DNA from: Candidatus Gottesmanbacteria bacterium RIFCSPHIGHO2_01_FULL_40_15
GTDB taxonomy: Bacteria; Patescibacteriota; Microgenomatia; 2-02-FULL-39-11
DNA: 64,000 nt
Assembly: GCA_001779115.1 (NCBI GenBank)
Contig: MFJF01000012.1
Span: forward strand, 33,142-97,141
Reading direction: 5' to 3'
This document shows, one piece after another, positions 58,023-64,000 of the stretch (positions within the stretch are counted from its first letter, which is position 1; every line of letters starts with the position of its first letter). The notes below the pieces were generated by a model. It did not search any database. It was not told the origin of the DNA and saw only the letters and a list, made by a program, of their open reading frames with translations. Position numbers and translations under genes: made by a program.

Positions 58023-58670
58023 ATGAAACACCAGACGTTTTTAATGTGGTTTTTCATTTTTCTTGTTTGGGCTTTTTACCGGGCTAATTTTCAATTACCG
58101 GAATCCGTTGACGAATTCATTGTTAAACCACTGGTTTTTGTAATGCCGATTGTTTATCTGGTATGGGTAAAGGAGAATAAATCGTTAAAAGAAATCGGTT
58201 TAGGGATTAAACTAAAAGGATTGGTTATTGATCTTTACATCGGGGTTGTTTTGGGGATACTTCTGGCGGTTGAAGGGTTACTGGCCAATTATCTGAAATA
58301 CGGAAAATTTTCCTTTCTACCTATTGAAGCGCTGTTTATTGCCGGCGGAATAGGCAGTTTTTTACTCATTAACATAGCAGCTTCGGTTTCTGAAGAAATT
58401 TTCGGACGCGGCTATTTATATAACAGACTTTTTAAAACGTCCAAAGAACAGGCAGCTTGTGCGGTTGTTTCAAGTTTTCTTTTTATGCTTATTCATATTC
58501 CGATAATGTTCACCAGGCTTCATTTAACCGGTAACGCACTGATTTTTTATCCTTTGTCAATTTTTACGATGGGAGTAGTGAACAGTTATGTTTTTACAAT
58601 GCGGAAAAATCTTGTTTTACCGGTGTTGATTCATACCTTCTGGAATATGACGGTCAGTCTTTATCTTTAA
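58023..58670 (+). CDS. CPBP (CAAX protease / Abi) family intramembrane metalloprotease
   Basis: 215 aa. EEIFGRG (EExxxR), FMLIHIP (HxxxH-like) and HTFWN motifs. Confidence 0.7.
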   Translation: MKHQTFLMWFFIFLVWAFYRANFQLPESVDEFIVKPLVFVMPIVYLVWVKENKSLKEIGLGIKLKGLVIDLYIGVVLGILLAVEGLLANYLKYGKFSFLPIEALFIAGGIGSFLLINIAASVSEEIFGRGYLYNRLFKTSKEQAACAVVSSFLFMLIHIPIMFTRLHLTGNALIFYPLSIFTMGVVNSYVFTMRKNLVLPVLIHTFWNMTVSLYL

Positions 58671-58888
58671 TCTTTATAAACAGAGGAAATGTAGCCGGCG
58701 TTTTTTATCACTGAAATAATTATTTCCTCGGTTACTTTTTCCGGATCAAATTCAACAAAACAGAGTGCTTTAGCGTAGTTGGTATTTGATTTTTTAACTC
58801 CAGCAGTATCCTCCAGTTCAAAATCAATATTTAAAGCGCAGGAAGTACAATGCATATCATGTATTTTAAAAAGAGTTTTTTTTGTCAT
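58667..58888 (-). CDS. heavy-metal-associated (HMA) domain protein / copper chaperone CopZ-like
   Basis: 73 aa. MHCTSCA (MxCxxC) metal-binding motif in a ferredoxin-like fold. Confidence 0.75.
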   Translation of the reverse strand: MTKKTLFKIHDMHCTSCALNIDFELEDTAGVKKSNTNYAKALCFVEFDPEKVTEEIIISVIKNAGYISSVYKD

Positions 58889-58908
58889 AACAAGTTATTT
58901 TTATAAAT

Positions 58909-59937
58909 TCAGATTACCCGGATTACACCACCGTACATTCCCATACTGCAGGAAAAACTTATATCCCCAGCCGTATTCGGAGTTTTTATTTCAACAGTAT
59001 CATTTGAACCCGTTCTTATTATTTTTTGCACGTTAAGTTTGGGTATGGAAAATGCCTGGATGCAGCCGTAACCGTCATTATTTACCAGATTTAATTTCAC
59101 CAGTGAATTCTTTGGGACAGTAATTGAACGGGGAGAATAGCCGTTTGACCGGAAATAAATTGTTGCTTCAGTTACGGGAACGTCAGAGGCGGCCAGAATC
59201 TGATGAGGACAAATACTTAGCGCTGTACAGGAAAAGTCCAACCAAGCTGATTTTATCAAAACGCGGCCGCCGGAGAGAGAAAGAGCATTGTTAATATTAA
59301 AAACAGCCAGAATCAGGATGGCAAAAGCAGCTACTCTCATAAATCTATTTTGAAAAACATTATTTAATTTTCCGGCCAGGAAACCGAAAATAAAAAATAA
59401 CGGAGAAGTTCCGAGAATAAAGGAAAACATAATCAGGGCAGAATAAAAAGGATCAGCCGTGGCCAGGGCTAAGGCCATAATTGCCTGAGTAGTACCGCAG
59501 GGAATAAAAACCGTCAGAGCGCCAAGAACACCCGGCGCGAAAATGTCGTTGCTTTTGCTTTGATTTTTCAGAAGCCGGAAGAGAAATTTCGGGGGAGTTA
59601 TAACAAAATACCGAAAAACGGGATGAATATTGAGAATATTTAAAGCCGTGCCGATCATAAAGACAGCAACTGCAGATTGGATAAATGCCTGAGTGATGAC
59701 GGAAAAGCGAAAGTATGAACCTAGGAAGCCTAATAAGAATCCGAGAACAGTATAAGCGACAAGCTTTGAGATGAGAAATGATAAAACAGGGAAGAGACTG
59801 CCGGATTTTTTCATTTTTGACATGAGCCGTTTATTTTCGCGTTGCGCCAATACAGCTGCCAGCAGACCACCCTGGACAGCCATACAGGTGAGTCCGCCGG
59901 TTAACAACCCTGTCAGAAAAACGGTATAGATTTCCAT
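58909..59937 (-). CDS. DsbD_2/TauE-like permease fused to a C-terminal cupredoxin-like extracytoplasmic domain
   Basis: 342 aa. The N-terminal ~230 aa have 6 TM helices with LTGGLTCMAVQGG and FIPCGTTQA motifs. The C-terminal ~110 aa are a beta-rich soluble domain with Cys/Met/His (SFSCSMGMYGG). Adjacent to the HMA chaperone gene. Confidence 0.4.
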   Translation of the reverse strand: MEIYTVFLTGLLTGGLTCMAVQGGLLAAVLAQRENKRLMSKMKKSGSLFPVLSFLISKLVAYTVLGFLLGFLGSYFRFSVITQAFIQSAVAVFMIGTALNILNIHPVFRYFVITPPKFLFRLLKNQSKSNDIFAPGVLGALTVFIPCGTTQAIMALALATADPFYSALIMFSFILGTSPLFFIFGFLAGKLNNVFQNRFMRVAAFAILILAVFNINNALSLSGGRVLIKSAWLDFSCTALSICPHQILAASDVPVTEATIYFRSNGYSPRSITVPKNSLVKLNLVNNDGYGCIQAFSIPKLNVQKIIRTGSNDTVEIKTPNTAGDISFSCSMGMYGGVIRVI

Positions 59938-59978
59938 GAATATTAAGATTTTAGCATATAGCGGGCAATTAAGAAGTG

Positions 59979-61409
59979 TTACCGATTCAATTGATAGATT
60001 ACAAAAGGTTGGTTGTCATAAATAACTGAATATTTATTTACAGTTTCTCTTCTTACAATATCGGCAAAATCACCAGTCAAACCATTATTAAAAAGAATAT
60101 AGGTGAAATACCCGTCCGAAATAGCTTTCCGGAAGCCTTCATAGCTTGACAGACCCTGATAGTTAATTTCAAAAGGACCGGTAAGCGCTTCTTGTGGAAT
60201 TTCCGGTAAGGCCAGATCGGTGACATTGCCTTCACTTGAGAGAATTTTGTCTCCTGTTGAGACAACTGATTTCAAACCAGTCATAGCATTTTCAGAATTA
60301 GGCCATGATGTTTCCAAGTCTTTTTTTTGAGAGAAAGAGTAGAGAAAAACCATAATTAGGAAAATAAAAGACAAACCTGCTCTTATGGCCATGTTTTTCT
60401 TACTTATATTACTTATGAGGAAGCCGGCAGAAGGGAGGAGAAAGACAAGGGACAGGAAGACATGCTGGTGTGCAGCATCGAGATTATTGGTTAAAAGGTG
60501 AGCCAATGGAACAGTCAGAGCTCCAAACAGCAAAAAAAAGGCGATACCTTTTGCTTTTAGAAAAAGGAAGAAAAATCCGACAAGGGCGAAAGGCAATACA
60601 GGCAGAGAAAAGACATAAAACTCGTTAATTATTTCAGAATAGTGTCTTTGCGGGTCGGGAATCTGATTGATGACAAATTCGCGAAGATCAGGAAAATAAA
60701 TTACCAGATAAGAAATTATTGCCAGTGACAAAGGGAAAATAAAATACTTAAGGGTCAGATTCAAAGATAACCGGTCTTGTTTCAAACTTTTATAAATTGC
60801 CCAAACAGCAATAAGCGGGAAAAGGATCAGGGTCGTATATTTAGCCAAAAAGGAGAGAAATAAAGACAGCGCCGACAGAAAATAAAAATTTTCCTTCTGC
60901 CAGAGTCCGTGTTTTTTAACAGCCAATCCAGAAAGCAGGAAAAAAAGGCCAGCTAAGAAAAAGGTAAATGAAAGCATGTCGTAAATTGCCAGACGGCTCA
61001 GATAGACCGGAATACTCATTACAGCCAGAAGAAAAGCGGATATACCGGCAATAAATTCATTATTATCAGATATATCGGATAAATGAAGTTTGAACGTGAA
61101 ACCGTAAAGCAAATAGACTGACAAAGTACCCAGAAGGACGTTTAAGAGACGGGAACCCAATAAACCCCCGATGTTATAAAAGAGAGCTGAAAGGGACGGA
61201 TAAAACAGAGGCATACCGCCGATCCAGGAAAAGGGTGATTCTTCCTGCCAATGACCTTCAAGGACTTTTTCCCCCAATTTAATATAAATAGCCTCATCCA
61301 GAAAAGGAGTGTTGTAGTTGAGGTTAATTACCCTGAATAGAAATGCCGCCAAAATAATTAAAACCAGCGGATTATAAAAAAGCCATTTAAAAACAGATTT
61401 GTTATTCAT
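59979..61409 (-). CDS. GT-C fold glycosyltransferase (GT39/ArnT/PMT-like)
   Basis: 476 aa with about 11 TM. FLDEAIY near the N-terminus matches the DE motif of GT-C dolichyl/undecaprenyl-phosphate-sugar transferases. Confidence 0.55.
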   Translation of the reverse strand: MNNKSVFKWLFYNPLVLIILAAFLFRVINLNYNTPFLDEAIYIKLGEKVLEGHWQEESPFSWIGGMPLFYPSLSALFYNIGGLLGSRLLNVLLGTLSVYLLYGFTFKLHLSDISDNNEFIAGISAFLLAVMSIPVYLSRLAIYDMLSFTFFLAGLFFLLSGLAVKKHGLWQKENFYFLSALSLFLSFLAKYTTLILFPLIAVWAIYKSLKQDRLSLNLTLKYFIFPLSLAIISYLVIYFPDLREFVINQIPDPQRHYSEIINEFYVFSLPVLPFALVGFFFLFLKAKGIAFFLLFGALTVPLAHLLTNNLDAAHQHVFLSLVFLLPSAGFLISNISKKNMAIRAGLSFIFLIMVFLYSFSQKKDLETSWPNSENAMTGLKSVVSTGDKILSSEGNVTDLALPEIPQEALTGPFEINYQGLSSYEGFRKAISDGYFTYILFNNGLTGDFADIVRRETVNKYSVIYDNQPFVIYQLNR

Positions 61410-61527
61410 TTATAATGAGTATCCCTTGTCAAACCAACCCGACAATATTTATCCGGTTTAACAATTTATTAATAAAAATCACATTAAATTTCATAAGATT
61501 TATGTCAGAAAGAGAAAAAATTGAATT

Positions 61528-61953
61528 TCAGGCGGAAATTAATTTTTGTCTTAATCCAAGGAGGTAAATAATACTCAAGATATTGGAAATTATGGCTATT
61601 ATCAGAATTAATACCTGATATTGAATAATAAAGAAGGTTAAGAAAGAGAGACCAATTAAAGGCAGAATGTCGGTTAAATGATGAGCGCAACAGGCAATCA
61701 TACCAACGGTTGATACTGCCGAGTTGGCGGCAGCCAATTTTCCGGAACTGTCTGTGAGATTTTTCAGGGAAACGTAGAGACCTATTTGGACTCCAAATCC
61801 CAGCGATAACGGAATCATATAAAACCACAGTTTTTTAAATTGTATCAGGGTTGTTTCAAAAGAACCGGCAAGGTAAGTCATGGTGATAAAATAAAAAAGC
61901 AGAAGAAATGATCCGGCGGTGATACCTGAAGCTATCGGTTTATATTTATTCAT
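61528..61953 (-). CDS. small polytopic membrane protein with a vicinal-cysteine motif (ACCAHH)
   Basis: 141 aa, 4 TM. CC pair followed by HH in a loop. Last gene of a four-gene operon. Confidence 0.3.
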   Translation of the reverse strand: MNKYKPIASGITAGSFLLLFYFITMTYLAGSFETTLIQFKKLWFYMIPLSLGFGVQIGLYVSLKNLTDSSGKLAAANSAVSTVGMIACCAHHLTDILPLIGLSFLTFFIIQYQVLILIIAIISNILSIIYLLGLRQKLISA

Positions 61954-62396
61954 TAAAATTCAAATTCCCTCCTTGTTATCCCGGCCAGGTCTTTGATAAT
62001 GATTTTATAAGGTGGGGGAACTTGCGGAAAACTTAATTCCGCCTGACGGTGATGACCCCCACCGTAAAGAGTTATATCACGGGGTTTTCCGGATGAATTT
62101 TGATACTCCAGCAGAACGTTTTTTCCAAAATTGAACTGATCGAGATCGACTGAATGGGTATCCAATGAAACGGAGAAAAAGAGCGTGTCTTGAGATGATT
62201 TTTCCGATAGAAATTTTATACTTACCGAAACATTTCCTTGCTCCTGAAATTGAGAATTTTTATTAAGATTAGTGTCAAGCGGATTAATTTTTTGTATTTC
62301 CCTTTCTTCTTTTGCCAAACTGATAAGAGAAATAAAAACTATCAGAAAAATTACAATTATTAATGTTTTATATTCCCAGGACAGTTTTTTTATCAT
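61953..62396 (-). CDS. hypothetical secreted/anchored protein (signal peptide, GGGHH motif)
   Basis: 147 aa. N-terminal signal/anchor, then a soluble domain. Start and stop are coupled to the neighbours. Confidence 0.3.
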   Translation of the reverse strand: MIKKLSWEYKTLIIVIFLIVFISLISLAKEEREIQKINPLDTNLNKNSQFQEQGNVSVSIKFLSEKSSQDTLFFSVSLDTHSVDLDQFNFGKNVLLEYQNSSGKPRDITLYGGGHHRQAELSFPQVPPPYKIIIKDLAGITRREFEF

Positions 62397-63496
62397 CAGA
62401 CACCGCAGCCTCCTCCGCCTTCCACTTTGGGCAGCAGACCTTCCGTCTGGAGTTGTTTGTTAATGGCAGAATATCCCTGACCGCTAGAATAGTCGGCACC
62501 AAGAACTACTTGTGGATCGACCTTATTCCAATCCTGACCATTTTTTGACTTAAAATACATTGCCAGCTCGACATAAGTCTGCGGAAACCAATATGAATTA
62601 AGAACTAAAGCATTTTTATAAATTTCTTCTTCGGGCATATTTTGACTTACGGCTAATTCAATAAAACCAAGCATGGCAGCGCCGTGGTTGCAATCAGGGA
62701 AAAAAGTGGAATTACCGCAACACGGCCGGTAGATTTTTTGGGATATTTTGGTGACAAGAGTTTCCTGTTTTTCAGTTAAAAGGAGTATGGGGAAGCGGTT
62801 AAACAGGGAACCGCCATCTTCCTTACCCAAAGTCCAACCTCCGGTTGAGGCAAAACTACCGGCATCGTATTCCGACTTCGTGCCCATGGGACCCTGGGAT
62901 AATGTTTTGGTTTTATTGGCGATTCCCAATGGCCAAAGAAGATTTAGAATAATTTGAGAGTTATCATTGGTGACAATGATATCCTGATCCGATTTATTAT
63001 CCAGCAGAAGGCTTATTTCGTCAGGCAGACCACCACGGCTTTCATAAAGGGCGAGGAATTTCTGTTTGTCTATAGCGCCAACCTCAACTAATTTTTTAAC
63101 GGTTGAACCGAAAGAAACGCCCAAATTATGTTTTTCCGGCAAGACTTCTTTGGTTATCTGATCAGTATCAGCAGTTTGCGGGGGAGTCGGAGATAAATTG
63201 TTATTAAATGTTGAAGAAAGGTTCAGGCCGGCGAATGGTGATTTGTTATAAATTTTCGGAACCAGAATAAAAAGCAGAAAACCGGCTAAAAGTCCGGTAA
63301 TCAAACCGGTTACATATGATTTCCGGGGTTTATATTGCAGCGGATTAAAATCAGCAGATTTAAGCAAATCTTCTGAATCTTTCCCCGTAATGCAACAACA
63401 ACTTTTGTGTTGGTGTTCTTTTTTTAAATTTTTTACCGGGGTGTCTAAACTTTCCGGATTTTCAATTACTGCTTTTTTATTTTTTCTGACTGCCAT
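62396..63496 (-). CDS. hypothetical single-pass membrane protein with cysteine clusters (SCCC, PCCGNSTFFPDCNHG, C-terminal GGGGCGV)
   Basis: 366 aa. One TM near residue 75. Extracytoplasmic Cys-rich motifs. Confidence 0.3.
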   Translation of the reverse strand: MAVRKNKKAVIENPESLDTPVKNLKKEHQHKSCCCITGKDSEDLLKSADFNPLQYKPRKSYVTGLITGLLAGFLLFILVPKIYNKSPFAGLNLSSTFNNNLSPTPPQTADTDQITKEVLPEKHNLGVSFGSTVKKLVEVGAIDKQKFLALYESRGGLPDEISLLLDNKSDQDIIVTNDNSQIILNLLWPLGIANKTKTLSQGPMGTKSEYDAGSFASTGGWTLGKEDGGSLFNRFPILLLTEKQETLVTKISQKIYRPCCGNSTFFPDCNHGAAMLGFIELAVSQNMPEEEIYKNALVLNSYWFPQTYVELAMYFKSKNGQDWNKVDPQVVLGADYSSGQGYSAINKQLQTEGLLPKVEGGGGCGV

Positions 63497-63992
63497 AACG
63501 GGCCTCCTTAATGAAAATTTTAAATAACAGGATAAGAGCCAAAAGAACTAAAGCATCAAGAAGAGGATTTTTCAAAACACCTGATATCCGGAAAATAAAA
63601 TTTCTCAAAGCATCACCATAGGCCATATTTTGTTCCATCTGAATTTTTCCGGTTAAAGCAAGATAGGCTATTATGATTGAGGAAATCATGAAGGTTATAG
63701 ACGAGATTAATTTTAATGGTTTATCGGCTTTACTTTTTATTTTATACAGATAGCGACCGGTCAGTTTTTCATAAAAAACCGAGAGAAAAAAGAGCGGAAA
63801 AACGATTCCCAAGACGTAGACTAATGATACAATGAGTGATGTTATAAGAGTCGGGGAAAGAGAAGAGAGAGTAATGGCGGCAAATAAGACAGGCGCACAG
63901 CAGGATGAGGTTATTCCGGAAAAGACTCCTAATATAAACGTTGAAAGAACAGTTGTTTGGCGAGGCATGGTGTAACGGGGGAGGGGCAACAT
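63477..63992 (-). CDS. small membrane protein with a vicinal-cysteine motif (SSCCAPVL)
   Basis: 171 aa, 4 TM. CC pair in the first helix. First gene of the minus-strand operon. Start is near the window edge. Confidence 0.3.
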   Translation of the reverse strand: MLPLPRYTMPRQTTVLSTFILGVFSGITSSCCAPVLFAAITLSSLSPTLITSLIVSLVYVLGIVFPLFFLSVFYEKLTGRYLYKIKSKADKPLKLISSITFMISSIIIAYLALTGKIQMEQNMAYGDALRNFIFRISGVLKNPLLDALVLLALILLFKIFIKEARYGSQKK

Positions 63993-64000
63993 AAGTTTAA

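Noticed and set aside
1-64000. Searched for CRISPR arrays, rRNA genes, transposases/integrases, IS terminal inverted repeats and long direct repeats.
   Set aside because: None seen. No repeat-spacer periodicity, no 16S/23S/5S signatures, no DDE/tyrosine-recombinase motifs in any translated frame.

Overview
This is a 64 kb window, roughly 38-40% GC, with dense short genes and frequent TTG/GTG starts. Its overall look is that of a Patescibacteria/CPR-type bacterium. That impression rests on the gene set: archaeal-type RuBisCO, ATP-dependent replicative ligase, archaeal-type UMP kinase, T4SS pilin-like genes and many glycosyltransferases. The taxonomy is an inference.

Backbone of the window:
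- A 5'-truncated VirB4-like ATPase sits at the left edge.
- The chromosomal replication origin neighbourhood follows: dnaN and dnaA on the minus strand, with DnaA-box clusters on both sides of dnaA, then rpmH-rnpA-yidD-yidC-jag on the plus strand.
- An O-antigen-ligase-like gene.
- nadD-nadE, followed by a form II/III RuBisCO.
- A sugar/glycosylation island: galE, an IMPase, galT, two GT-B glycosyltransferase-like genes and a eukaryote-type hexokinase homolog.
- A 1284-aa charged, membrane-anchored protein converging on a minus-strand T4SS-like module (two paralogous VirB2/TrbC-like pilin genes plus a VirB6-like polytopic protein).
- Two anticodon-CAT tRNA genes flank a pterin dehydratase gene. 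One is canonical; the other is an atypical initiator-like tRNA followed by a hairpin terminator.
- A T-box riboswitch, called from its T-box sequence and a UGGC-bulge antiterminator mutually exclusive with a 15-bp terminator, lies upstream of trpB2-trpS.
- A housekeeping run: an ECF-like sigma factor, ftsH, a 5'-3' exonuclease, mutM, pyrH-like, recF and nnr.
- Then fic, an archaeal-type ATP ligase, a GT2/GT1 glycosyltransferase cluster with AlkD, an EndoQ-like PHP protein, pth and folC.
- A copper-chaperone/permease pair, a GT-C glycosyltransferase, and a four-gene minus-strand operon of small membrane or secreted proteins carrying vicinal-cysteine (CC) motifs.

I saw no CRISPR array, rRNA, transposase or integrase.
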